This document shows positions 22,621 to 36,000 of a stretch of 64,000 nt of DNA, piece by piece. This DNA is from Eledone cirrhosa (Eukaryota), in the NCBI GenBank assembly GCA_964016885.1, contig OZ024744.1, positions 127,100,001-127,164,000 of the forward strand, read 5' to 3'. A model generated the notes under the pieces. It had not been told where the DNA came from. It saw only the letters and a list, made by a program, of their open reading frames with translations, and did not search any database. Each line of letters starts with the position of its first letter. The stretch's first letter is position 1. A program made the position numbers and the translations under genes.

Positions 22621-25600
22621 GGTGGGGGTAAGTTAAGTTGGGGTTAAGTTAATTTGCGGTTAAGTTAGGTTGTGGGTTAAGTTAAGTTGGGGTTAAGTTA
22701 AGCTGGGGTTAAGTTGGGGTAAGTTAAGTTGGGGTTAAGTTAAGTTGGGGTTAAGTTAAGTTGGGGTTAAGTTAAGTTGGGGGTAAGTTAAGTTGGGGTT
22801 AAGTTAAGTTGGGGTTAAGTTAAGTTGGGGTTAAGTTAAGTTGGGGGTAAGATAAGTTGGGGCTAAGTTAAGTTGGGGCTAAGTCAAGTTGGGGTTAAGT
22901 CAAGTTGAGGTTAACTTAAGTTGGGGTTAAGTTAAGTTGGGGTTAAGTTAAGTTGGGGTTAAGGTAAGTTGGGGTTAAGTTAAGTTGGGGCTAAGTTAAG
23001 TTGGGGCTAAGTTAAGTTGGGGCTGAGTTAAGTTGGGGTTAAGTTGAGGTTGAGTTAATTTGGGGTTAAGTTAAGTTGGGATTAAGTTAAGTTGGGGTTA
23101 AGTTAAGTTCGGGTTGAGTTAAGTTGGGGTTAAGTTAAGTTGGGGTTAATTTAAGTTGGGGTTAAGTTAAGTTGGGGTTAAGATAAGTTGGGGTTAAGTT
23201 AAGTTGGGGTTAAGTTAAGTTGGGGTTGAGTTAATTTGGGGTTAAGTTAAGTTGGGGTTAACTTAAGTTTGGGTTAAGTTAAGTTGGGGTTAAATTAAGT
23301 TGGGGGTAAGTTAAGTTGGGTGCAAGTTGAGTTGGGGTTAAGTTAAGTTGGGGTTAAGTTAAGGTGGGGGTAAGTTAAGTTGGGGGTAAGTTAAGTTGGG
23401 GTTAAGTTAAGTTGGGGTTAAGTTAAGTTGGGTTTAAGTTAAGTTGGGGCTAAGTTAAGTTGGGGCTAAGTTAAGTTGGGGCTGAGTTAAGTTGGGGTTA
23501 ACTTAAGTTGGGGTTAAGTTGGGGTTAAGTTAAGTTGGGGTTAAATTAAGTTGGGGGTTAGTTAAGTTGGGGCAAGTTAAGTTGGGGTTAATTTAAGTTG
23601 GGGTTAAGTTAAGTTGGGGTTAAATTAAGTTGGGGTTAAGTTAAGTTGGGGTTGAGGTAAGTTGGGGTTATGTTAAGTTGGGGCTAAGTTAAGTTGGGGC
23701 TAAGTTAAGTTGGGGCTGAGTTAAGTTGGGGTTAAGTTAAGTTGGGGTTGAGTTAAGTTGGGGTTGAATTAATTTGGGGTTAAGTTAAGTTGGGGTTAAC
23801 TTAAGTTGGGGTTAAGTTGGGGTTAAGTTAAGTTGGGGTTATGTTAAGTTGGGGGTAGGTTAAGTTGGGGGCAAGTTAAGTTGGGGTTAAGTTAAGTTGG
23901 GGTTAAGTTAAGTTGGGTTTAAGTTAAGTTGGGGCTAAGTTAAGTTGGGGCTAAGTTAAGTTGGGGCTGAGTTAAGTTGGGGTTAAGTTAAGTTGGGGTT
24001 GAGTTAAGTTGGGGTTATGTTAAGTTAGGGTTGAGTTAAGTTGGGGTTGAGTTAAGTTGGGGTTGAGTTAAGTTGGGGTTAAGTTAAGTTGGGGTTAAGT
24101 TAAGTTGGGGTTAAGTTAATTTGCGGTTAAGTTAGGTTGTGGGTTAAGTTAAGTTGGGGTTAAGTTAAGCTGGGGTTAAGTTGGGGTAAGTTAAGTTGGG
24201 GTAAGTTAAGTTGGGGTTAAGTTAAGTTGGGGTTAAGTTAAGTTGGGGTTGAGTTAAGTTGGGGTTGAGTTAAGTTGGGGTTGAGTTAAGTTGTGGTTGA
24301 GTTAAGTTGCGGTTAAGTTAAGATGGGGTTAAGTTAAGTTGGGGTTAAGTTAAGTTGGGGGTAGCTTAAGTTGGGGGCAAGTTAAGTTGGGGTTAAGTTA
24401 AGTTGGGTTTAAGTTAAGTTGGGGCTAAGTTAAGTTGGGGCTAAGTTAAGTTGGGGCTGAGTTAAGTTGGGGTTAAGTTAAGTTGGGGTTGAGTTAAGTT
24501 GGGGTTATGTTAAGTTAGGGTTGAGTTAAGTTGGGGTTGAGTTAAGTTGGGGTTGAGTTAAGTTGGGGTTAAGTTAAGTTGGCGTTAAGTTAAGTTGGGG
24601 TTAAGTTAAGTTGGGGTTAAGTTAATTTGCGGTTAAGTTAGGTTGTGGGTTAAGTTAAGTTGGGGTTAAGTTAAGCTGGGGTTAAGTTGGAGTAAGTTAA
24701 GTTGGGGGTAAGTTAAGTTAGGGTTAAGTTAAGTTGGGGTTAAGTTAAGTTGGGGTTAAGTTAAGTTGGGGTTAAGTTAAGTTGGGGTTGAGTTAAGTTG
24801 GGGTTGAGTTAAGTTGGGGTTAAGTTAAGTTGGGGTTAAGTTAAGTTGGGGTTAAGTTAAGTTGGGGTTAAGTTAAGTTGGGGTTAAGTTAAGTTGGGGG
24901 TAAGTTAAGTTGGAGTTAAGTTAATTTGCGGTTAAGTTAGGTTGTGGGTTAAGTTAAGTTGGGGTTAAGTTAAGTTGGGGTTAAGTTGGGGTAAGTTAAG
25001 TTGGGGTTAAGTTAAGTTGGGGTTAAGTTAAGTTGGGGTTAAGTTAAGTTGGGGGTAAGTTAAGTTGGGGGCAAGTTAAGTTGGGGTTAAGTTAAGTTGG
25101 GGTTAAGTTAAGTTGGGGTTAAGTTAAGTTGGGGTTAAGTTAAGTTGGGGTTAATTTAAGTTGGGGTTTTGTTAAGTTGGGGTTAAGTTAAGTTGGGGTT
25201 AAGTTAAAGTTGGGGTTAAGTTAAGTTGGGGTTAAGTTAAGTTAGGGTTAATTTCAGTTGGGGTTATGTTAAGTTGGGGTTAAGTTAAGTTGGGGTTAAG
25301 TTAAGTTGGGGGTAAGTTAAGTGGGGTGTAAGTTAAGTTGGGGTTAAGTTAAGTTGGGGTTCAGTTCAGTTGGGGTTAAGTTAAGTTGGGGTTAAGTTAA
25401 GCTGGGGGTAAGTTAAGTTGGGTGTAAGTTAAGTTGGGGTTAAGTTAAGTTGGGGTTAAGTTAAGTTGGGGGTTAGTTAAGTTGGGGGAAAGTTAAGTTG
25501 GGGTTAATTTAAGTTGGGGTTAAGTTAAGTTGGGGTTATGTTAAGTTGGGGTTAAGTTAAGTTGGGGGTAAGTTAAGTTGAGGGTAAGTTAAGTTGGGGT

Positions 25601-27070
25601 TAAGTTAAGTTGGGGTTAAATTAAGTTGGGGGTAAGTTAAGTTGGGGGTAAGTTAAGTTGGGGTTAAGTTAAGTTGGGGTTAAATTAAGTTGAGGTTAAG
25701 TTAAGTTGGGGTTAAGTTAAATTGGGGTTAATTTACGTTGGGGGTAAGATAAGTTGGGGCTAAGTTAAGTTGGGGCTAAGTCAAATGGGGTTAAGTCAAG
25801 TTGAGGTTAACTTAAGTTGGGGTTATGTTAAGTTGGGGTTAAGTTGGGGCTAAGTTAAGTTGGGGCTGAGTTAAGTTGGGGTTAAGTTAAGTTGGGGTTG
25901 AGTTAAGTTGGGGTTAAGTTAAGTTGGGATTAAGTTAAGTTGGGGTTAAGTTAAGTTCGGCTTGAGTTAAGTTGGGGTTAAGTTAAGTTGGGGTTAATTT
26001 AAGTTGGGGTTAAGTTAAGTTGGGGTTAAGATAAGTTGGGGTTAAGTTAAGTTGGGGTTAAGTTAAGTTGGGGTTGAGTTAATTTGGGGTTAAGTTAAGT
26101 TGGGGTTAACTTAAGTTGGGGTTAAGTTGGGGTTAAGTTAAGTTGGGGTTAAGTTAAGTTGGGGGTAGGTTAAGTTGGGGGCAAGTTAAGTTGGGGTTAA
26201 GTTAAGTTGGGTTTAAGTTAAGTTGGGGCTAAGTTAAGTTGGGGCTAAGTTAAGTTGGGGCTGAGTTAAGTTGGGGTTAAGTTAAGTTGGGGTTGAGTTA
26301 AGTTGGGGTTGAGTTAAGTTGGGGTTAAGTTAAGTTGGCGTTAAGTTAAGTTGGCGTTAAGTTAAGTTGGGGTTAAGTTAAGTTGGGGTTAAGTTAATTT
26401 GCGGTTAAGTTAGGTTGTGGGTTAAGTTAAGTTGGGGTTAAGTTAAGCTGGGGTTAACTGGGGTAAGTTAAGTTGGGGTAAGTTAAGTTGGGGTTAAGTT
26501 AAGTTGGGGTTAAGTTAAGTTGGGGTTGAGTTAAGTTGGGGTTAAGTTAAGTTGGGGTTAAGTTAAGCTGGGGGTAAGTTGGGGTAAGTTAAGTTGGGGT
26601 AAGTTAAGTTGGGGTTAAGTTAAGTTGGGGTTAAGTTAATTTGCGGTTAAGTTAGGTTGTGGGTTAAGTTAAGTTGGGGTTAAGTTAAGCTGGGGTTAAG
26701 TTGGGGTAAGTTAAGTTGGGGTTAAGTTAAGTTGGGGTTAAGTTAAGTTGGGGTTAAGTTAAGTTGGGGGTAAGTTAAGTTGGGGGCAAGTTAAGTTGGG
26801 GTTAAGTTAAGTTGGGGTTAAGTTAAGTTGGGGTTAAGTTAAGTTGGGGTTAAGTTAAGTTGGGGTTAAGTTAAGTTGGGGTTAAGTTAAGTTAGGGTTA
26901 ATTTCAGTTGGGGTTATGTTAAGTTGGGGTTAAGTTAAGTTGGGGTTAAGTTAAAGTTGGGGTTAAGTTAAGTTGGGGTTCAGTTGGGGTAAGTTAAGTT
27001 GGGGGTAAGTTAAGTTGGGGTTAAGTTAAGTTGGGGTTAAGTTAAGTTGGGGTTGAGTTAAGTTGGGGTT
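22580..27070 (+). repeat. Diverged segmental copy of ~1-4540
   Basis: Same private markers as the 1-4540 segment, in the same order. Confidence 0.88.
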
Positions 27071-29149
27071 AAGTTAAGTTGGGGGTAAGTTAAGTTGGGG
27101 GCAAGTTAAGTTGGGGTTAAGTTAAGCTGGGGTTAAGTTGGGGTAAGTTAAGTTGGGGTTAAGTTAAGTTGGGGTTAAGTTAAGTTGGGGTTAAGTTAAG
27201 TTGGGGGTAAGTTAAGTTGGGGGCAAGTTAAGTTGGGGTTAAGTTGGGGTTAAGTTAAGTTGGGGTTAAGTTAAGTTGGGGTTAAGTTAAGTTAGGGTTA
27301 ATTTCAGTTGGGGTTATGTTAAGTTGGGGATAAGTTAAGTTGGGGTTAAGTTAAAGTTGGGGTTAAGTTAAGTTGGGGTTAAGTTAAGTTAGGGTTAATT
27401 TCAGTTGGGGTTATGTTAAGTTGGGGTTAAGTTAAGTTGGGGTTAAGTTAAGTTGGAGGTAAGTTAAGTGGGGTGTAAGTTAAGTTGGGGTTAAGTTAAG
27501 TTGGGGTTCAGTTCAGTTGGGGTTATGTTAAGTTGGGGTTAAGTTAAGCTGGGGGTAAGTTAAGTTGGGTGTAAGTTAAGTTGGGGTTAAGTTAAGTTGG
27601 GGTTAAGTTAAGTTGGGGGTTAGTTAAGCTGGGGGCAAGTTAAGTTGGGGTTAATTTAAGTTGGGGTTATGTTAAGTTGGGGTTATGTTAAGTTGGGGTT
27701 AAGTTAAGTTGGGGTTAAGTTAAGTTGGGGGTAAGTTAAGTTGGGGTTAAGTTAAGTTGGGGGTAAGTTAAGTTGAGGGTAAGTTAAGTTGGGGTTAAGT
27801 TAAGTTGGGGTTAAATTAAGTTGGGGGTAAGTTAAGTTGGGGGTAAGTTAAGTTGGGGTTAAGTTAAGTTGGGGTTAAATTAAGTTGAGGTTAAGTTAAG
27901 TTGAGGTTAAGTTAAATTGGGGTTAATTTAAGTTGGGTGTAAGATAAGTTGGGGTTAAGTTAAGTTGGGGTTAAGATAAGTTGGGGTTAAGTTAAGTTGG
28001 GGTTAAGTTAAGTTGGGGTTGAGTTAATTTGGGGGTAGGTTAAGTTGGGGGCAAGTTAAGTTGGGGTTAAGTTAAGTTGGGGTTAAGTTAAGTTGGGTTT
28101 AAGTTAAGTTGGGGCTAAATTAAGTTGGGGCTAAGTTAAGTTGGGGCTGAGTTAAGTTGGGGTTATGTTAAGTTAGGGTTGAATTAAGTTGGGGTTGAGT
28201 TAAGTTGGGGTTGAGTTAAGTTGGGGTTAAGTTAAGTTGGCGTTAAGTTAAGTTGGGGTTAAGTTAAGTTGGGGTTAAGTTAATTTGCGGTTAAGTTAGG
28301 TTGTGGGTTAAGTTAAGTTGGGGTTAAGTTAAGCTGGGGTTAAGTTGGGGTAAGTTAAGTTGGGGTTAAGTTAAGTTGGGGTTAAGTTAAGTTGGGGTTA
28401 AGTTAAGTTGGGGTTAAGTTAAGTTGGGGTTGAGTTAAGTTGGGGTTGAGTTAAGTTGGGGTTAAGTTAAGTTGCGGTTAAGTTAAGTTGGGGTTAAGTT
28501 AAGTTGGGGGTAAGTTAAGTTGGGGTTAAGTTAATTTGCGGTTAAGTTAGGTTGTGGGTTAAGTTAAGTTGGGGTTAAGTTAAGCTGGGGTTAAGTTGGG
28601 GTAAGTTAAGTTGGGGTTAAGTTAAGTTGGGGTTAAGTTAAGTTGGGGTTAAATTAAGTTGGGGTTAAGTTAAGTTGGGGTTATGTTAAGTTGGGGTTAA
28701 GTTAAGTTGCGGTTAAGTTAAGTTGGGGTTAAGTTAAGTTGGGGTTAAGTTAAGTTGGGGTTAAGTTAAGTTGGAGTTAAGTTAAGTTGGGGTTAACTTA
28801 AGTTGGGGTTAAGTTGGGGTTAAGTTAAGTTGGGGTTAAGTTAAGTTGGGGGTTAGTTAAGTTGGGGGCAAGTTAATTGGGGTTAATTTAAGTTGGGGTT
28901 AAGTTAAGTTGGGGTTATGCTAAGTTGGGGTTAAGTTAAGTTGGGGTTAAGTTAAGTTGGGGGTAAGTTAAGTTGGGGTTAAGTTAAGTTGGGGGTAAGT
29001 TAAGTTGGGGGTAAGTTAAGTTGAGGGTAAGTTAAGTTGGGGTTAAGTTAAGTTGGGGTTAAATTGAGTTGGGGGTAAGTTAAGTTGGGGGTAAGTTAAG
29101 TTGGGGTTAAGTTAAGTTGGGGTTAAATTAAGTTGAGGTTAAGTTAAGT

Positions 29150-32100
29150 TGGGGTTAAGTTAAGTTGGGGTTAAGTTAAGTTGGGGGTAAGATAAGTTGG
29201 GGCTAAGTTAAGTTGGGGCTAAGTCAAGTTGGGGTTAAGTTAAGTTGGGGTTAAGTTAAGTTGGGGTTAAGGTAAGTTGGGGTTATGTTAAGTTGGGGCT
29301 AAGTTAAGTTGGGGCTAAGTTAAGTTGGGGCTGAGTTAAGTTGGGGTTAAGTTAAGTTGGGGTTGAGTTAAGTTGGGGTTAAGTTAAGTTGGGATTAAGT
29401 TAAGTTGGGGTTAAGTTAAGTTCGGCTTGAGTTAAGTTGGGGTTAAGTTAAGTTGGGGTTAATTTAAGTTGGGGTTAAGTTAAGTTGGGGTTAAGATAAG
29501 TTGGGGTTAAGTTAAGTTGGGGTTAAGTTAAGTTGGGGTTGAGTTAATTTGGGGTTAAGTTAAGTTGGGGTTAACTTAAGTTGGGGTTAAGTTGGGGTTA
29601 AGTTAAGTTGGGGTTAAGTTAAGTTGGGGGTAGGTTAAGTTGGGGGCAAGTTAAGTTGGGTTTAAGTTAAGTTGGGGTTAAGTTAAGTTGGGGGTAAGTT
29701 AAGTTGGGTTTAAGTTAAGTTGGGGTTAAGTTAAGTTGGGTTTAAGTTAAGTTGGGGCTAAGTTAAGTTGGGGCTAAGTTAAGTTGGGGCTGAGTTAAGT
29801 TGGGGTTAAGTTAAGTTGGGGTTGAGTTAAGTTGGGGTTATGTTAAGTTAGGGTTGAGTTAAGTTGGGGTTGAGTTAAGTTGGGGTTGAGTTAAGTAGGG
29901 GTTAAGTTAAGTTGGCGTTAAGTTAAGTTTGGGTTAAGTTAAGTTGGGGTCAAGTTAATTTGCGGTTAAGTTAGGTTGTGGGTTAAGTTAAGTTGGGGTT
30001 AAGTTAATCTGGGGTTAAGTTGGGGTAAGTTAAGTTGGGGGTAAATTAAGTTGGGGTTAAGTTAAGTTGGGGTTAAGTTAAGTTGGGGTTGAGTTAAGTT
30101 GGGGTTGAGTTAAGTTGGGGTTGATTTAAGTTGGGGTTGAGTTAAGTTGGGGTTAAGTTAAGTTGGGGTTAAGTTAAGTTGGGGGTAAGTTAAGTTGGGG
30201 TTAAGTTAAGTTGGGGTTAAGTTAAGTTGGGGTTAAGTTAAGTTGGGGTTAAGTTAAGTTGGGGTTTAGTTAAGTTGGGGGTTAGTTAAGTTGGGGGCAA
30301 GTTAAGTTGGGGTTAATTTAAGTTGGGGTTAAGTTAAGTTGGGGTTATGTTAAGTTGGGGTTAAGTTAAGTTGGGGTTAAGTTAAGTTGGGGGTAAGTTA
30401 AGTTGGGTGTAAGTTAAGTTGGGGTTAAGTTAAGTTGGGGTTAAGTTAAGTTGGGGGTTAGTTGAGTTGGGGGCAAGTTAAGTTGGGGTTATGTTAAGTT
30501 GGGGTTAAGTTAAGTTGGGGTTAAGTTAAGTTGGGGGTAAGTTAAGTTGGGGTTAAGTTAAGTTGGGGGTAAGTTAAGTTGAGGGTAAGTTAAGTTGGGG
30601 TTAAGTTAAGTTGGGGTTAAATTAAGTTGGGGGTAAGTTAAGTTGGGGGTAAGTTAAGTTGGGGTTAAGTTGGGGTTAAATTAATTTGAGGTTAAGTTAA
30701 GTTGGGGTTAAGTTAAATTGGGGTTAATTTAAGTTGGGGGTAAGATAAGTTGGGGTTAAGTTAAGTTGGGGTTAAGATAAGTTGGGGTTAAGTTAAGTTG
30801 GGGTTAAGTTAAGTTGGGGTTGAGTTAATTTGGGGTTAAGTTAAGTTGGGGTTAAGTTAAGTTGGGGTTAAGTTGGGGTTAAGTTAAGTTGGGGTTAAGT
30901 TAATTTGGGGGTAGGTTAAGTTGGGGGCAATTTAAGTTGGGGTTAAGTTAAGTTGGGGTTAAGTTAAGTTGGGTTTAAGTTAAGTTGGGGCTAAGTTAAG
31001 TTGGGGCTAAGTTAAGTTGGGGCTGAGTTAAGTTGGGGTTAAGTTAAGTTGGGGTTGAGTTAAGTTGGGGTTATGTTAAGTTAGGGTTGAGTTAAGTTGG
31101 GGTTGAGTTAAGTTGGGGTTGAGTTAAGTTGGGGTTAAGTTAAGTTGGCGTTAAGTTAAGTTGGGGTTAAGTTAAGTTGGGGTTAAGTTAATTTGCGGTT
31201 AAGTTAGGTTGTGGGTTAAGTTAAGTTGGGGTTAAGTTAAGCTGGGGTTAAGTTGGGGTAAGTTAAGTTGGGGTTAAGTTAAGTTGGGGTTAAGTTAAGT
31301 TGGGGTTAAGTTAAGTTGGGGTTAAGTTAAGTTGGGGTTAAATTAAGTTGGGGTTGAGTTAAGTTGGGGTTGAGTTAAGTTGGGGTTAAGTTAAGTGGGG
31401 TTAAGTTAAGTTGGGGTTAAGTTAAGTTGGGGGTAAGTTAAGTTGGGGTTAAGTTAATTTGCGGTTAAGTTAGGTTGTGGGTTAAGTTAAGTTGGGGTTA
31501 AGTTAAGCTGGGGTTAAGTTGGGGTAAGTTAAGTTGGGGTTAAGTTAAGTTGGGGTTAAGTTAAGTTGGGGTTAAATTAAGTTGGGGTTAAGTTAAGTTG
31601 GGGTTATGTTAAGTTGGGGTTAAGTTAAGTTGCGGTTAAGTTAAGTTGGGGTTAAGTTAAGTTGGGGTTAAGTTAAGTTGGGGTTAAGTTAAGTTGGGGT
31701 TAACTTAAGTTGGGGTTAAGTTGGGGTTAAGTTAAGTTGGGGTTAAGTTAAGTTGGGGGTTAGTTAAGTTGGGGGCAAGTTAAGTTGGGGTTAATTTAAG
31801 TTGGGGTTAAGTTAAGTTGGGGTTATGCTAAGTTGGGGTTAAGTTAAGTTGGGGTTAAGTTAAGTTGGGGGTAAGTTAAGTTGGGGTTAAGTTAAGTTGG
31901 GGGTAAGTTAAGTTGGGGGTAAGTTAAGTTGAGGGTAAGTTAAGTTGGGGTTAAGTTAAGTTGGGGTTAAATTGAGTTGGGGGTAAGTTAAGTTGGGGGT
32001 AAGTTAAGTTGGGGTTAAGTTAAGTTGGGGTTAAGTTAAGTTGGGGTTAAGTTAAGGTGGGGGTAAGTTAAGTTGGGGTTAAGTTAATTTGCGGTTAAGT

Positions 32101-33050
32101 TAGGTTGTGGGTTAAGTTAAGTTGGGGTTAAGTTAAGCTGGGGTTAAGTTGGGGTAAGTTAAGTTGGGGTTAAGTTGAGTTGGGGTTAAGTTAAGTTGGT
32201 GTTAAGTTAAGTTGGGGGTAAGTTAAGTTGGGGTTAAGTTAAGTTGGGGTTAAGTTAAGTTGGGGGTAAGATAAGTTGGGGCTAAGTTAAGTTGGGGCTA
32301 AGTCAAGTTGGGGTTAAGTCAAGTTGAGGTTAACTTAAGTTGGGGTTAAGTTAAGTTGGGGTTAAGTTAAGTTGGGGTTAAGGTAAGTTGGGGTTAAGTT
32401 AAGTTGGGGCTAAGTTAAGTTGGGGCTAAGTTAAGTTGGGGCTGAGTTAAGTTGGGGTTAAGTTGGGTTTGAGTTAATTTGGGGTTAAGTTAAGTTGGGA
32501 TTAAGTTAAGTTGGGGTTAAGTTAAGTTCGGGTTGAGTTAAGTTGGGGTTAAGTTAAGTTGGGGTTAATTTAAGTTGGGGTTAAGTTAAGTTGGGGTTAA
32601 GATAAGTTGGGGTTAAGTTAAGTTGGGGTTAAGTTAAGTTGGGGTTGAGTTAATTTGGGGTTAAGTTAAGTTGGGGTTAACTTAAGTTTGGGTTAAGTTA
32701 AGTTGGGGTTAAATTAAGTTGGGGGTAAGTTAAGTTGGGTGCAAGTTGAGTTGGGGTTAAGTTAAGTTGGGGTTAAGTTAAGGTGGGGGTAAGTTAAGTT
32801 GGGGGTAAGTTAAGTTGGGGTTAAGTTAAGTTGGGGTTAAGTTAAGTTGGGTTTAAGTTAAGTTGGGGCTAAGTTACGTTGGGGCTAAGTTAAGTTGGGG
32901 TTAAGTTAAGTTGGGGGTAGGTTAAGTTGGGGTTAAGTTAAGCTGGGGTTAAGTTGGGGTAAGTTAAGTTGGGGGTAAGTTAAGTTGGGGTTAAGTTATG
33001 TTGGGGTTAAGTTAAGTTGGGGTTAAGTTAAGTTGGGGTTAAGTTAAGTT
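29150..33050 (+). repeat. ~3.9-4.4 kb segment duplicated at ~45095-48995
   Basis: Constant offset of 15,946 for TAATCTGGGG (C at 30009/45955), TTGATTTAAG (30121/46067), TTGGTG (32196/48142), GGTGCAAG (32742/48688) and TTACGTT (32877/48823). Confidence 0.9.
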
Positions 33051-36000
33051 GGGGTTAAGTTAAGTTGGGGTTAAGTTAAGTTAGGGTTAATTTCAGTTGG
33101 GGTTATGTTAAGTTGGGGTTAAGTTAAGTTGGGGTTAAGTTAAGTTGGAGGTAAGTTAAGTGGGGTGTAAGTTAAGTTGGGGTTAAGTTAAGTTGGGGTT
33201 CAGTTCAGTTGGGGTTATGTTAAGTTGGGGTTAGGTTAAGCTGGGGGTAAGTTAAGTTGGGTGTAAGTTAAGTTGGGGTTAAGTTAAGTTGGGGTTAAGT
33301 TAAGTTGGGGGTTAGTTAAGTTGGGGGCAAGTTAAGTTGGGGTTAATTTAAGTTGGGGTTAAGTTAAGTTGGGGTTATGTTAAGTTGGGGTTAAGTTAAG
33401 TTGGGGTTAAGTTAAGTTGGGGGTAAGTTAAGTTGGGGTTAAGTTAAGTTGGGGGTAAGTTAAGTTGAGGGTAATTTAAGTTGGGGTTAAGTTAAGTTGG
33501 GGTTAAATTAAGTTGGGGGTAAGTTAAGTTGGGGGTAAGTTAAGTTGGGGTTAAGTTAAGTTGGGGTTAAATTAAGTTGAGGTTAAGTTAAGTTGGGGTT
33601 AAGTTAAATTGGGGTTAATTTAAGTTGGGGGTAAGATAAGTTGGGGTTAAGTTAAGTTGGGGTTAAGATAAGTTGGGGTTAAGTTAAGTTGGGGTTAAGT
33701 TAAGTTGGGGTTGAGTTAATTTGGGGGTAGGTTAAGTTGGGGGCAAGTTAAGTTGGGGTTAAGTTAAGTTGGGGTTAAGTTAAGTTGGGTTTAAGTTAAG
33801 TTGGGGCTAAGTTAAGTTGGGGCTAAGTTAAGTTGGGGCTGAGTTAAGTTGGGGTTAAGTTAAGTTGGGGTTGAGTTAAGTTGGGGTTATGTTAAGTTAG
33901 GGTTGAATTAAGTTGGGGTTGAGTTAAGTTGGGGTTGAGTTAAGTTGGGGTTAAGTTAAGTTGGCGTTAAGTTAAGTTGGGGTTAAGTTAAGTTGGGGTT
34001 AAGTTAATTTGCGGTTAAGTTAGGTTGTGGGTTAAGTTAAGTTGGGGTTAAGTTAAGCTGGGGTTAAGTTGGGGTAAGTTAAGTTGGGGTTAAGTTAAGT
34101 TGGGGTTAAGTTAAGTTGGGGTTAAGTTAAGTTGGGGTTAAGTTAAGTTGGGGTTGAGTTAAGTTGGGGTTGAGTTAAGTTGGGGTTAAGTTAAGTTGGG
34201 GTTAAGTTAAGTTGGGGTTAAGTTAAGTTGGGGGTAAGTTAAGTTGGGGTTAAGTTAATTTGCGGTTAAGTTAGGTTGTGGGTTAAGTTAAGTTGGGGTT
34301 AAGTTAAGCTGGGGTTAAGTTGGGGTAAGTTAAGTTGGGGTTAAGTTAAGTTGGGGTTAAGTTAAGTTGGGGTTAAATTAAGTTGGGGTTAAGTTAAGTT
34401 GGGGTTATGTTAAGTTGGGGTTAAGTTAAGTTGCGGTTAAGTTAAGTTGGGGTTAAGTTAAGTTGGGGTTAAGTTAAGTTGGGGTTAAGTTAAGTTGGAG
34501 TTAAGTTAAGTTGGGGTTAACTTAAGTTGGGGTTAAGTTGGGGTTAAGTTAAGTTGGGGTTAAGTTAAGTTGGGGGTTAGTTAAGTTGGGGGCAAGTTAA
34601 TTGGGGTTAATTTAAGTTGGGGTTAAGTTAAGTTGGGGTTATGCTAAGTTGGGGTTAAGTTAAGTTGGGGTTAAGTTAAGTTGGGGGTAAGTTAAGTTGG
34701 GGTTAAGTTAAGTTGGGGGTAAGTTAAGTTGGGGGTAAGTTAAGTTGAGGGTAAGTTAAGTTGGGGTTAAGTTAAGTTGGGGTTAAATTGAGTTGGGGGT
34801 AAGTTAAGTTGGGGGTAAGTTAAGTTGGGGTTAAGTTAAGTTGGGGTTAAATTAAGTTGAGGTTAAGTTAAGTTGGGGTTAAGTTAAGTTGGGGTTAAGT
34901 TAAGTTGGGGGTAAGATAAGTTGGGGCTAAGTTAAGTTGGGGCTAAGTCAAGTTGGGGTTAAGTTAAGTTGGGGTTAAGTTAAGTTGGGGTTAAGGTAAG
35001 TTGGGGTTATGTTAAGTTGGGGCTAAGTTAAGTTGGGGCTAAGTTAAGTTGGGGCTGAGTTAAGTTGGGGTTAAGTTAAGTTGGGGTTGAGTTAAGTTGG
35101 GGTTAAGTTAAGTTGGGATTAAGTTAAGTTGGGGTTAAGTTAAGTTCGGCTTGAGTTAAGGTGGGGTTAAGTTAAGTTGGGGTTAATTTAAGTTGGGGTT
35201 AAGTTAAGTTGGGGTTAAGATTAGTTGGGGTTAAGTTAAGTTGGGATTAAGTTAAGTTGGGGTTGAGTTAATTTGGGGTTAAGTTAAGTTGGGGTTAACT
35301 TAAGTTGGGGTTAAGTTGGGGTTAAGTTAAGTTGGGGTTAAGTTAAGTTGGGGGTAGGTTAAGTTGGGGTTAAGTTAAGTTGGGGTTAAGTTAAGTTGGG
35401 GGTAAGTTAAGTTGGGTTTAAGTTAAGTTGGGGTTAAGTTAAGTTGGGTTTAAGTTAAGTTGGGGCTAAGTTAAGTTGGGGCTAAGTTAAGTTGGGGCTG
35501 AGTTAAGTTGGGGTTAAGTTAAGTTGGGGTTGAGTTAAGTTGGGGTTATGTTAAGTTAGGGTTGAGTTAAGTTGGGGTTGAGTTAAGTTGGGGTTGAGTT
35601 AAGTAGGGGTTAAGTTAAGTTGGCGTTAAGTTAAGTTTGGGTTAAGTTAAGTTGGGGTCAAGTTAATTTGCGGTTAAGTTAGGTTGTGGGTTAAGTTAAG
35701 TTGGGGTTAAGTTAAGCTGGGGTTAAGTTGGGGTAAGTTAAGTTGGGGGTAAATTAAGTTGGGGTTAAGTTAAGTTGGGGTTAAGTTAAGTTGGGGTTGA
35801 GTTAAGTTGGGGTTGAGTTAAGTTGGGGTTGAGTTAAGTTGGGGTTGAGTTAAGTTGGGGTTAAGTTAAGTTGGGGTTAAGTTAAGTTGGGGGTAAGTTA
35901 AGTTGGGGTTAAGTTAAGTTGGGGTTAAGTTAAGTTGGGGTTAAGTTAAGTTGGGGTTAAGTTAAGTTGGGGTTTAGTTAAGTTGGGGGTTAGTTAAGTT

